DNA of 28,353 nucleotides, taken from IMG/VR virus record IMGVR_UViG_3300031228_000024, positions 1 to 28,353 of that record; one strand, given 5' to 3'. Position 1 is the stretch's first letter; each line of letters begins with the position of its first letter. A program made the position numbers and the translations under genes. Shown piece after piece: positions 16,123-24,231 of the stretch. The DNA is from a virus. Its lineage: Duplodnaviria; Caudoviricetes. Under the pieces are notes generated by a model, which searched no databases, had not been told where the DNA came from, and saw nothing but the letters and a program-made list of their open reading frames with translations.

Positions 16123-16488
16123 TCAGTTGAGCCCGACCCGGCGGATCAGGGATTGAAGTTCGTTCTCGAGCTCGACCGGCGCCTGGTCCTCGATGACGCC
16201 CTCAGCCCGGTCCATGAAGTGGTGGCCGGCGATGTTCCGGGCCGGCCATCCGAAGTTCTGCACTCCGGCGTAGACGACGTCGCTCGAGATCTCGACCCCG
16301 GTAGCGCCCGGCGCGGAGACCAGTGACCCGGCAAGGCGCGCCGACTCGACCGGCACCAGCGGGATCGTGTCCTCGAGCGCCTCGGCCCCGACCGTCGCCC
16401 ACGCGGCACGCTGCGCGGCCACGAGACCGCGGCGGAGGGCGCCGAACGCACGCGCTACGCCGGCGTCGACGACCTCGACCGCGATCAT
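16123..16488 (-). CDS. HK97 gp10-like tail completion/neck protein
   Basis: VPVESARLAGSL and YAGVQNFGWPARNI..HHFM motifs; start re-called at ATG 16488. Confidence 0.8.
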   Translation of the reverse strand: MIAVEVVDAGVARAFGALRRGLVAAQRAAWATVGAEALEDTIPLVPVESARLAGSLVSAPGATGVEISSDVVYAGVQNFGWPARNIAGHHFMDRAEGVIEDQAPVELENELQSLIRRVGLN

Positions 16489-16490
16489 GG

Positions 16491-16895
16491 TCAGGCTTCG
16501 ACCAGGGTCGGATCTTCCTGACAGTCGAGACGCGCCTCGTAGTTCCACGTCTGACCCGCGCCACCGCCGACCGGGGGCTTGCTCAGGATCTTCACGGTCC
16601 CGGTGAAGTGCGGCTCATCGGCCGTCGCCACCGCGTTGCCATGCGGCTTCAGCACGTAGGCAACGACGTCGCCGGCGTTGTCCCACAGCATCCGCCAGAA
16701 CCCAGCGGCCGAGTAGTCGGCCAGCGCGGCGAGCTGCATGAACCACTGCTTCGGGTCACCGAAGTCGAGATCCGCGAACGTCACATCGGTGTCGTCGGCG
16801 TCCTCGTTGTCGAGCAGCACCGACGTGCCCTGTGCCTTGAACTCGTCACCATTGACGAGAAGTGAGAGGTTCTTGCCATTGATCTTGGTCGACAT
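16491..16895 (-). CDS. major tail protein (short, 134 aa)
   Basis: Position; KINGKNLSL, VTFAD, FWRMLWDN, PHFTGTV, PPVGG pattern typical of short tail-tube proteins. Confidence 0.8.
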   Translation of the reverse strand: MSTKINGKNLSLLVNGDEFKAQGTSVLLDNEDADDTDVTFADLDFGDPKQWFMQLAALADYSAAGFWRMLWDNAGDVVAYVLKPHGNAVATADEPHFTGTVKILSKPPVGGGAGQTWNYEARLDCQEDPTLVEA

Positions 16896-17284
16896 CAGTC
16901 AGGCTCCTTCACGGTTTCTTCGATGGTCAGCACGGCGCCGATGAACTTCGCGCCCTGCAGTTGCACGACCCCCGGCTGCGACACACGACGAACGTCGTAC
17001 CGATCGCTCAGGGCCTTGACGGCGTCGAGGATCATCGAGTCGATGAGCTCGGCGGATTTCTTTGCCGCCTCCCGGTGCGAGACCAGGAGGACGTCGATGC
17101 GGGTAACGAAGTGCGCGAACGGGATCTCGTCGTTGCCCGGCCGCCACTCGAGGTAGGGCTGCCCCGGGATGACGACCGCGCACGGCGGCGTGATCGTCTC
17201 CCCGACATACGGCACCGACCGCAGCCCGGCCGCCGTGATCGATGCGACGACCTCCGGCCTGACCTCCTCGAACGAGAGGCTCAT
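16895..17284 (-). CDS. tail terminator-like protein
   Basis: Position; ITPPCAVVIPG motif; coupled on both sides. Confidence 0.7.
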   Translation of the reverse strand: MSLSFEEVRPEVVASITAAGLRSVPYVGETITPPCAVVIPGQPYLEWRPGNDEIPFAHFVTRIDVLLVSHREAAKKSAELIDSMILDAVKALSDRYDVRRVSQPGVVQLQGAKFIGAVLTIEETVKEPD

Positions 17285-17667
17285 GCCGACTCCTCGACGA
17301 CCGGAGTGCCGACTGCGCCGAACACGAACCGGCCGAACCGCCCGATGCCGAGCAGCTTCGCGATGTCCGGATCCTCACGGAGCAGCCCTTGCGCGCCGTC
17401 CTCGGTGAACCCGATCACCCCGAGCGGGCTCGTGCGCCGGCTGTAGAACCGGTACGCGAGCAGCGCGGCACCGAGGGTCACCGAAGGCGTCGGGGTGAAC
17501 ACCGGCGGATCGGTCTCGACCGGCGCGGCCACGAACAGGTCCTTGCGCTTGTCTTCGACGTACGACCTGGTCCCGTCACACATCTGCTGCAGAGAGGCAT
17601 CGTCGATATCTCCGCTGATGTCTGCCCCGAGCACCGCCTTCACGGTCTCGGAGTCGAGCCAGGTCAC
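17281..17667 (-). CDS. head-to-tail adaptor
   Basis: LGAALLAYRFYSRRTSPLGV...DPDIAKLLG motif; position after the capsid. Confidence 0.85.
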   Translation of the reverse strand: MTWLDSETVKAVLGADISGDIDDASLQQMCDGTRSYVEDKRKDLFVAAPVETDPPVFTPTPSVTLGAALLAYRFYSRRTSPLGVIGFTEDGAQGLLREDPDIAKLLGIGRFGRFVFGAVGTPVVEESA

Positions 17668-17670
17668 GCG

Positions 17671-18006
17671 CTACTCCGTGCGAGCGTCGTCGGCCGCGAG
17701 CGCAGCCTCGAGGTCCGCCTTCTTGCGACCCTCGGGCTTGACCTGGTCCGCCTCGTCGCGGCCCTCGTTGCGAGACGCGATCTCCGCCCGCAGCTCGTCC
17801 ATCGACCGTTCGGGCGCGGCGGTCAGCCCCTCCCGCTCGGCCCGGCGAACGATCGCCTTCGCGAACGGCAGCGCCCGCGGGTCCTCCTCGTCGCGCCGCG
17901 GCTGGTAGGCCCCGACGAGCGAGCGGAGGTCCGGAGACATGTCCTCGGCGTCGACCGAGTCGATCAGCGCGTCGGCCTGGTCGTAGAGCGTGTGTCGAGT
18001 CGTCAT
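17671..18006 (-). CDS. hypothetical protein with C-terminal helix-extension-helix (SAP/HeH-like) motif
   Basis: ATG 18006; SMDELRAEIASR...GRKKADLEAAL. Confidence 0.7.
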   Translation of the reverse strand: MTTRHTLYDQADALIDSVDAEDMSPDLRSLVGAYQPRRDEEDPRALPFAKAIVRRAEREGLTAAPERSMDELRAEIASRNEGRDEADQVKPEGRKKADLEAALAADDARTE

Positions 18007-18011
18007 CGCGA

Positions 18012-19442
18012 TCAGGCCTCGTTGACGATCTTCGCGAAGGCCGCCGGCTTGACCGTGCCGGAGGCCATGTAGCCGCCGTACGCCAGCTCGACACCGAACA
18101 CCTTCGGCTCGACCACGGAGAGGAACCCGAACCGGTCCTCGTAGACCTCGGTCCGCGACTTCACGCCCACGATCAGCGTGCCGGCCGGGAACGACGGGAC
18201 GATCGTCCGCGGCGTGCGGAGCAGGTTCCCGGCGAACGAGGTCGCGTTCGAGTCGCCGCCACCGTCTCCGGCCGTGGTCGCCTTCAGGTGGTCGATGATC
18301 ACGCCGAGGGTCGCCCACCAGTCGAGCGAGGCCCAGATGTGGTCCGGGAGCCGACCGGAGCCGGCGTACGCCAGGCCGGCGGCCGCGTACAGCGCCGTGA
18401 GGATCTCCTGCAGCGTCGGGTCGCCGGCGAGTGCCGTCTCGAGCTCGACCTCCTGGGTGACCGCGGTCGCGAACGCGTCTGCGGCGGCGTTCTCCGTCTC
18501 GAGGCCGTACTGCTCGATGAAGTCGGTCAGCAGCGCGTCCCACACGCCCGGCGAGGTCCAGTCGATCGACTGCCGAGAGACGTTGGCCCAGCCGCCGTAG
18601 GTGTCCTTCGCGAAGGGGATGCCCTCGACCTCGAACTGCCGGTTCGCGACCTCCGTCTTCTGCGTCGCCTGCTTGGCCACCGCCACGTGCTGGGTGATCG
18701 TGGGCCGCTCGAAGGTCAGGCCGGGGATCCCGCCGAGGTCACGCGCCCCGATCGAGGAGATGAACGGCCGGGCCGCGTCGACGTCGGACATGATCTCGCC
18801 GACGATCGTGACCGGCAGGAGGCCGGGGACTTCGTCGGTGGTGTTGTGCGGCGCGGCCGCGCGGACCAGCGAGCCGCCCTCGACGGTCAGGCCGTGCGAC
18901 CGGAGCCGCGCCTCGGCCGCTTCCTTCGCGCCGCGGTCGAGCTGCTGGCCGCTGCGCTGCGCGCGAGGGCTGGCCTTGTAGGTGTCGGCGAGGAACTCGC
19001 CGGCGGTCCGGTACTTGTGCTCACGCTCGTTGACCTGGGCGCCGAGCTGGGTGCCGCGCTGCTCGCCGCTCTGGTCGCCCGCACCGGAGCTGCTCGGCGT
19101 GTAGCGGCTGGTCGTCGCCTGATCCGCCTCGCGCAGCTCCTCGAACTCGCGGAGCGGCTTGAGCTGCTCGTCGATCTCCTTGACCCGCGCCTGCGCGGAC
19201 TCGACATTCGCCCGCTCGCTCTTGGACATGTCGCGCTTGTTGGGGTCCGACTCGACCTCGGCGGTCAGCTTGTCGATGAAGTCGAACTGAGCCTGACGCT
19301 CCTGCTCGAGCCGGTTGATGACGGCGTTGCCGTGCATCTGGAAGGCGCCGTGACCGAAGCGGGCACGGCTGCCGGACATGATCTCGTCGACCTTCGAGGC
19401 GACGTGAGCCGGAATGACGAACGGGTTACGAATGGTCTTCAC
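18012..19442 (-). CDS. major capsid protein (HK97 fold) with N-terminal coiled-coil delta domain
   Basis: GTG 19442 after GGAGG (ORF opens at 19463); coiled-coil N-terminus; YGGWANVSRQSIDWTSP, LSVVEPKVFGVELAYGGY. Confidence 0.92.
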   Translation of the reverse strand: MKTIRNPFVIPAHVASKVDEIMSGSRARFGHGAFQMHGNAVINRLEQERQAQFDFIDKLTAEVESDPNKRDMSKSERANVESAQARVKEIDEQLKPLREFEELREADQATTSRYTPSSSGAGDQSGEQRGTQLGAQVNEREHKYRTAGEFLADTYKASPRAQRSGQQLDRGAKEAAEARLRSHGLTVEGGSLVRAAAPHNTTDEVPGLLPVTIVGEIMSDVDAARPFISSIGARDLGGIPGLTFERPTITQHVAVAKQATQKTEVANRQFEVEGIPFAKDTYGGWANVSRQSIDWTSPGVWDALLTDFIEQYGLETENAAADAFATAVTQEVELETALAGDPTLQEILTALYAAAGLAYAGSGRLPDHIWASLDWWATLGVIIDHLKATTAGDGGGDSNATSFAGNLLRTPRTIVPSFPAGTLIVGVKSRTEVYEDRFGFLSVVEPKVFGVELAYGGYMASGTVKPAAFAKIVNEA

Positions 19443-19599
19443 GGAGCCCTCCAAGGGGGTCACTCGACGGATGCGTTCTCCGGTCGGGTGCCTCTCGGGT
19501 GGTGGCTCCGGGGTCCTCGGGTGGTGTCCCTCGAACTTCTCGAGGTTCCGGCGCGAGGTCCGGGCTCCGGCGCGATCAGCGGCGCGGCCTTCAGGGGTC

Positions 19600-19630
19600 A
19601 GTATGAATCACACGGCTGTCGTTCTGTCAA
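19600..19630 (-). promoter_or_regulatory. capsid promoter TTGACA-N19-CATACT with about 150-nt leader
   Basis: TGTCAA at 19625-19630 and AGTATG at 19600-19605 on the plus strand, in the protease-capsid intergenic gap. Confidence 0.65.
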
Positions 19631-19644
19631 GCAACGCGCCCGAA

Positions 19645-20277
19645 TCAGCCCGCGCGAAGTGCCTCGGTGCGCGCGCGCATCGCGTCGAGCACCGGGGTCG
19701 AACCGGCCGCAGCGTCGCCCGCCTCAGCAGCACGGCGCTGCACGTCGGCCGATCGCACCAGCTCGACGCCGGCCTGCACGTACGCCGGGGTCTGCACCAG
19801 GCCCACCGCGCCGAGCCGAGCCTCGATCCGAGTGACCTTGTCCATGAACTCCGGGCCCTTCGATGGCGCCCAGATCTCGGCCTCTTCCCACTCCGACCGG
19901 ATCGGCGCGAACTCGATCGACAGGCCCGTGAGCCGGTCCTCGTTGGCGTGCCGGGCCGCCTCCTGGGCGGTCTCGGAGCCGTCGAGCTTCCACTCGCCGA
20001 TCAGGCCGCGGGACTCCTCGATCCACTTCGCGGCCGCGCCGATCGGGAACGACCGTCCGTCGTGGAACAGGTTCAGCGGCAGCGCGCGGGCGGCTTCCTT
20101 GATCGACTTCGCCAGCGACCCGGGTGCGAACGCCTCGAGGAACCATCCGATGGAGGCGAACTCGTTGTACGGCACCGCGAGCCCGCGGAGCATCGTGAAG
20201 CCCGGCGTGGTCTCAATCTCGCGCAGCTCGAGAGCCGGGAACAGGCGCCCCTCGGGCGCGGTCAGGGTGATGGTCAT
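19645..20277 (-). CDS. HK97-family prohead protease
   Basis: GLAVPYN, EAFAPGSL, LFHD, PIG, GLSIEF, VGLVQTPAY. Confidence 0.92.
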   Translation of the reverse strand: MTITLTAPEGRLFPALELREIETTPGFTMLRGLAVPYNEFASIGWFLEAFAPGSLAKSIKEAARALPLNLFHDGRSFPIGAAAKWIEESRGLIGEWKLDGSETAQEAARHANEDRLTGLSIEFAPIRSEWEEAEIWAPSKGPEFMDKVTRIEARLGAVGLVQTPAYVQAGVELVRSADVQRRAAEAGDAAAGSTPVLDAMRARTEALRAG

Positions 20278-21407
20278 CGTGTCTCCTCGGGATCGTTCTC
20301 GTCTTCCGGGTCCTGCTCGGGTGGGTCAGGCTCCGGTTCCGCAGCGGCCGTCCGTAGCTCGTTGCCGCCCTCGACTGGCGCCAGCTTGAGGACTGTGCGG
20401 CCCTCGTTGACGGTCATCACCGGCCCGCCGGTGGCCTTCACCAGCATGTCGACGATCGTCTTCAGGTCGTCGCTCTCGATCGCGGACCGGTCGAACCGGA
20501 CCTTGCGGCCACGCGGAAGCCAGTACTTCGACCACGTCTCCTCGAACGGAACGACGATCCGGTTCAGCGTGGTCCGCACCATCACCAGGAACAGCACCCC
20601 CGGCGTGCGGTAGGTGTGCGAGCTGGCCGGCGCGCCGAGCCAGTAGCCGTCGAGGTTGAACATGTTCGCGACGTCGGTCAGCGACGCCTGACGCGCCTTC
20701 GTAGCCTCAGCGTCGTTCGGCGACCAGCCGAGCGGCGTCACGACGGTGCCGTTCGGGAGGATCACCGGTCGACGGCCAGGCCCCTGAAACTTCTCTTCCC
20801 ACTTCTTCGCCGCGGCGTCGAGCTCGTCCTCGTCGGGGTCCGTCTGCGGCACGGTGACCGCGACCGAGGGCACGTTCCCGCCCATCGTGTCGCTCCGCTC
20901 GCGCGCCTCCTGCAGCGCGACCCGGTCCAGCGAGCGGGCGAATCGCTCGATCAGGCCGACACCGCGGTAGGGGGCGAGCGGGTCCGCGCCGTTCGGCACG
21001 TGCACGACGTCGTCCGTGTCGACCTCGCGGCCGTTGAGCCACCAGCGCCTGCGCCCCGACTCGACCGCCACATGCCACGACGACGCCGGATACCAGCGAC
21101 ACGCGGCCGGCCACCCGTCGCGGCCGCGGGCGGTCACCAGGTGCGCGGCGTTGCCGTGCACGAGGTAGTCCTCGAGTTGCAGCGACACGAACAGCGGCCG
21201 CACGTACTCGAGGTCCGGGTCCTCGAGGAGCCGCGGCCGCTCGAGGGGCATGATCCCGGCGAACATGTCGAGCGGCATCTGCGAGCCGAGGCCGCCGATC
21301 AGGTCCAACGCGCGGCCGACGCCGGGGATCTGCCGAGCGGTGTTGACGTCCCAGACCTGCCGGGTGAGTGTCTTCGGGTCGAGCAGTGACGGGTACAGGG
21401 CTGTCAT
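20274..21407 (-). CDS. portal protein (HK97 family)
   Basis: VHGNA, DVVHV, GVGLI, WSPNDAE, VANMFNL, MTVNEGR..L.L.P motifs; position. Confidence 0.92.
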   Translation of the reverse strand: MTALYPSLLDPKTLTRQVWDVNTARQIPGVGRALDLIGGLGSQMPLDMFAGIMPLERPRLLEDPDLEYVRPLFVSLQLEDYLVHGNAAHLVTARGRDGWPAACRWYPASSWHVAVESGRRRWWLNGREVDTDDVVHVPNGADPLAPYRGVGLIERFARSLDRVALQEARERSDTMGGNVPSVAVTVPQTDPDEDELDAAAKKWEEKFQGPGRRPVILPNGTVVTPLGWSPNDAEATKARQASLTDVANMFNLDGYWLGAPASSHTYRTPGVLFLVMVRTTLNRIVVPFEETWSKYWLPRGRKVRFDRSAIESDDLKTIVDMLVKATGGPVMTVNEGRTVLKLAPVEGGNELRTAAAEPEPDPPEQDPEDENDPEETR

Positions 21408-22990
21408 CCGATTGCGAACCTTCCAAGCTTCGGCGCCAGCTCCGGCGCGTGGTCAATTCCCCAGCCGGCCATCGTCTGCGCCCCGAGCGCTGCGATCGAC
21501 TCCCCCGGCTCATCCCAGCGGAAACCCCCGCCGGCCTTCACCCACGCCGCAGCCTCCGCGGCCTTCGTCGCCTCGTTCGAGTGCGCGTGCCACCACGAGC
21601 CGGTCTGCAGCTCGGACCGGTGCCGAGCACACGCCGCCGACACATCGGCCTGCGAGACCCGGATCACCGGCAGCCCGGCTTTCTCGAGCTCGTCGGCCAC
21701 GTCCCGAGCAGCACCGACGTTCGGGATCGTCACGAACGAACCCTCGCTCTTCGCCACCCGAGCAGCGAGGAACCCCCGCAGCCAGCGGGTGCCTGACCGG
21801 ACCGCGGGCCGCATCGTCTTTTCCACCACGGTCTGCGGGATCTCGACGTGCATCTGCCCCGAATCGTCACGAAACCCGGCCGATACCGCCGAATCCTCGC
21901 CGTCCTCGGAGATCCACACCCCGAACCCGACCCGGGCGCCGGCCGGGATCCCGTCCGGGTCGATCTGCCGAAGCCACGTCGCCTCGTCGACCGCCTGCCA
22001 CTTCGCCGCCAGATCGGCCGCCGACCGGTTGCCGTACGCCCGCAGGAACTCCGACCGGTCATCCATCTCCGACCAGGCCGACACGATCGCCGCCGGCCGC
22101 ACCGTGAACCCATGCGGACACGGCCGCTTCTGCCGCGGACCAGGGCACCCCGGCACATGACACACCGCCGGGTGATGGTCGATGCACGCCTGCACCAGCT
22201 GGTCGTCGGTCAGGTTCTTCAGCAGCACCCCGCCGACACGGTCCGGCAGCGAGTGCTCGTAGTAGAAGATCCCCCGCCGTACACCGGCCTCGACCGCGGC
22301 CCGGCCAGCGCGCCGAACCTGGTTCAGCCACGCCGACTTCTCGGTTCCGGCCGTCGACATCTTGAACGACTGCCCGGACGACGTCGCGAACGCCGGCACA
22401 TACCCGGCCTTGATCGCCCGAGCCTGCTCAGCATCGAACGCCCACAGCTCGTCGACGAGCACCAGGTCCGGCGTCTCCGAGTGCAGCCCGTCCTCGTTCG
22501 GCGCGAACGGCCGCAGCTTCGCACCGCCCTCGAGCCACCGCAGCTCCTCGTGCATGTTCCCGATCTTGCGGCGCACGTCGTTCCGCAACGGCGTCGCAAG
22601 CAGGTCGTCGGTCACATCCATCCACCGCGACCGCGCCTTGTCCCGCGTCTGCGCCGTCATCCACATCGACGCCCGCCGCACGAGTCGCGCCCGGTGCGTC
22701 ACGATCGGCGAGATCAGCGACGTCTTCCCCGCCCGCCGCTCGAGCAGCGCCGCACCGTCGTCGTACGCCCACTCCCCCGGCTCCGGGTCGCCGGCCTCCT
22801 CGGACTGGACCTCAAGGAACACGTCGACGATGTGCTGCTGGTGCGGCATCAGCGGCCGACCCATCGCCCGCGACACCGCAGCCACCCGGCCGCCGTACGT
22901 CGGACGCTCAGGAGTGCGAGGCGTTACCCATCTCGGGGGGACCGTCCACGAGCTCGAGGAGAGTTCCTCGCTCGCCGCCGCTGCCGTCAT
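21404..22990 (-). CDS. terL: terminase large subunit
   Basis: Walker A RRAGKTS, Walker B LVLVDE, coupling motif STAG; start ATG 22990 or GTG 22996. Confidence 0.92.
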   Translation of the reverse strand: MTAAAASEELSSSSWTVPPRWVTPRTPERPTYGGRVAAVSRAMGRPLMPHQQHIVDVFLEVQSEEAGDPEPGEWAYDDGAALLERRAGKTSLISPIVTHRARLVRRASMWMTAQTRDKARSRWMDVTDDLLATPLRNDVRRKIGNMHEELRWLEGGAKLRPFAPNEDGLHSETPDLVLVDELWAFDAEQARAIKAGYVPAFATSSGQSFKMSTAGTEKSAWLNQVRRAGRAAVEAGVRRGIFYYEHSLPDRVGGVLLKNLTDDQLVQACIDHHPAVCHVPGCPGPRQKRPCPHGFTVRPAAIVSAWSEMDDRSEFLRAYGNRSAADLAAKWQAVDEATWLRQIDPDGIPAGARVGFGVWISEDGEDSAVSAGFRDDSGQMHVEIPQTVVEKTMRPAVRSGTRWLRGFLAARVAKSEGSFVTIPNVGAARDVADELEKAGLPVIRVSQADVSAACARHRSELQTGSWWHAHSNEATKAAEAAAWVKAGGGFRWDEPGESIAALGAQTMAGWGIDHAPELAPKLGRFAIG

Positions 22991-23282
22991 GCCCACCCCC
23001 GCTCGGCTTCCGAATCGGCAACGTGTCCAAAACCTCGAGCAGCTTGTCGGCCGCAGCCATCATCGCCCGGTCGTCCTCGCGCGCCGTCGCATCGTCCGCC
23101 GCCGCCGCGTACCGCTCCGCCACCAGAGCACGAACCTCGTGCTCCGTCGTCATCCGCTCCGAGTCCCGAGCCTCCTTGAGCGCCTTCCGCAGCTTCGCGC
23201 GAATCGGCCCCGGCCGCCGACGTCGAGTCGTCTCCGAGCCGGACCCCTCCGGAGCCGATTCGCCCTGCTGCGTCGCACCCAC
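22908..23282 (-). CDS. probable terminase small subunit
   Basis: Helical protein overlapping the terL start (AERYAAAADD...AADKLLEVLDTL); GTG 23282 lies 7 nt after TACGAT, so probably leaderless. Confidence 0.7.
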   Translation of the reverse strand: MGATQQGESAPEGSGSETTRRRRPGPIRAKLRKALKEARDSERMTTEHEVRALVAERYAAAADDATAREDDRAMMAAADKLLEVLDTLPIRKPSGGGHDGSGGERGTLLELVDGPPEMGNASHS

Positions 23283-23289
23283 AGGCCGA

Positions 23290-23319
23290 ATCGTAACCCT
23301 CAAGTACCGCTTGAGGGTT
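23290..23319 (-). promoter_or_regulatory. late promoter -10 (TACGAT) abutting a perfect 10-bp inverted repeat AACCCTCAAG-N5-CTTGAGGGTT
   Basis: Arms at 23295-23304 and 23310-23319; no good -35 at normal spacing. Confidence 0.6.
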
Positions 23320-23339
23320 GGAAGCAAGCCGACACGCCG

Positions 23340-23485
23340 CCCTGACCGACCCAGGAGAGAGAGACCCGGTCGGAGTGATTCCTCGATGTTCGCGATCGCG
23401 AGGCCAAAACCGAAAGTCGATCGCCGAATTTTCCCGCGCGGGATCTCGCGTCGAGAATTTTTCGCGCGAAGTGACTCGCTCGCCT
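23340..23485. other. candidate cos/packaging region
   Basis: Apparently non-coding gap between the HNH region and terS with several CG palindromes, GAATTTT repeats and a GA tract; the usual cos position in HK97-like phages. Confidence 0.5.
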
Positions 23486-23609
23486 TCATCGCTCGTCGCC
23501 GTCGAGTACGTGGCGGAGTGTGCGCCAGAGGTCGGTGTCGGTGCCGTGCCAGCCGTCGACGATGGCGGTGATGTGGCCGAGGGTTCTGACGGCGGGGCAG
23601 TCGTGGTGT

Positions 23610-23900
23610 TCACCATGCTCGGCTGGGTGGTGTGGTCCAGGGTTTGGCTTTGCGGCCTGCGTTGCCGGGGCAGGTGCAGCCTGGGTGTTGGCATCCTTTG
23701 GGTCGGCCGTGTTTGCCGTAGTGGGCTGGTCGCCAGTTGGTGGGTTCCCATTCGAGGTCGGGTCGGACGGATGCGGGTTGGACGTGGTCGAGTGAGTTGG
23801 CTCCGTCGTGGTGGCAGAGCCAGCACTGTCGGTCGTAGCGAGTGAGGACCCAGCGGAGTGCGTTGGTTGCTCGGCGTCCGCCCCAGCTCGAGCGTGGCAC
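23610..23900 (-). CDS. terminase-associated HNH endonuclease (HK97 gp74-like)
   Basis: CWLC, SLDHVQP, NWRPAH, C-terminal N and PSRAW; upstream of terS. Confidence 0.85.
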   Translation of the reverse strand: MPRSSWGGRRATNALRWVLTRYDRQCWLCHHDGANSLDHVQPASVRPDLEWEPTNWRPAHYGKHGRPKGCQHPGCTCPGNAGRKAKPWTTPPSRAW

Positions 23901-23904
23901 GGCA

Positions 23905-24231
23905 TCAGCCGGCCTGCTCGGCGGCGTCGGCCTGACGTTCGAGGATGCGGGCGAGGGTGCGGGCGGCGTCGGGGGTGAGGATGCCGGAGATGTGCTGGAT
24001 GACGACGAGGCAGTTGTCGCCGTGGGCGATCTCGATGAAGCCGCCGCCGTAGGTGGGGACTCGGCGACTGTGGTCGGCGTCTGCGAAGGATCCTTCGCAG
24101 CGAAGGCCGGTGGTGTCGACGTGCTCGACGAGGCGGCGGGTGGGCGTGGCCTGCTCGAGTCGTCGGTCGTCGTCGAAGGTGGCGACGGTGCCTCGGCAGA
24201 TGGGGCAGACGGCGGTGTCGGTGTCGGTCAT
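23905..24231 (-). CDS. hypothetical protein with Zn-ribbon-like N-terminus
   Basis: CPIC...H....CEGS; coupled at both ends. Confidence 0.8.
   Translation of the reverse strand: MTDTDTAVCPICRGTVATFDDDRRLEQATPTRRLVEHVDTTGLRCEGSFADADHSRRVPTYGGGFIEIAHGDNCLVVIQHISGILTPDAARTLARILERQADAAEQAG

Noticed and set aside
19460-19594. Leader peptide in the capsid 5' region
   Set aside because: The open frame has no ATG/GTG start or RBS and follows an in-frame stop.
18288-20613. Long plus-strand ORFs (e.g. 18288..19835, 19414..20613, also 14992..16326, 21848..23179, 405..1451)
   Set aside because: Antisense shadows of well-supported minus-strand genes, expected in high-GC DNA; no recognisable motifs.
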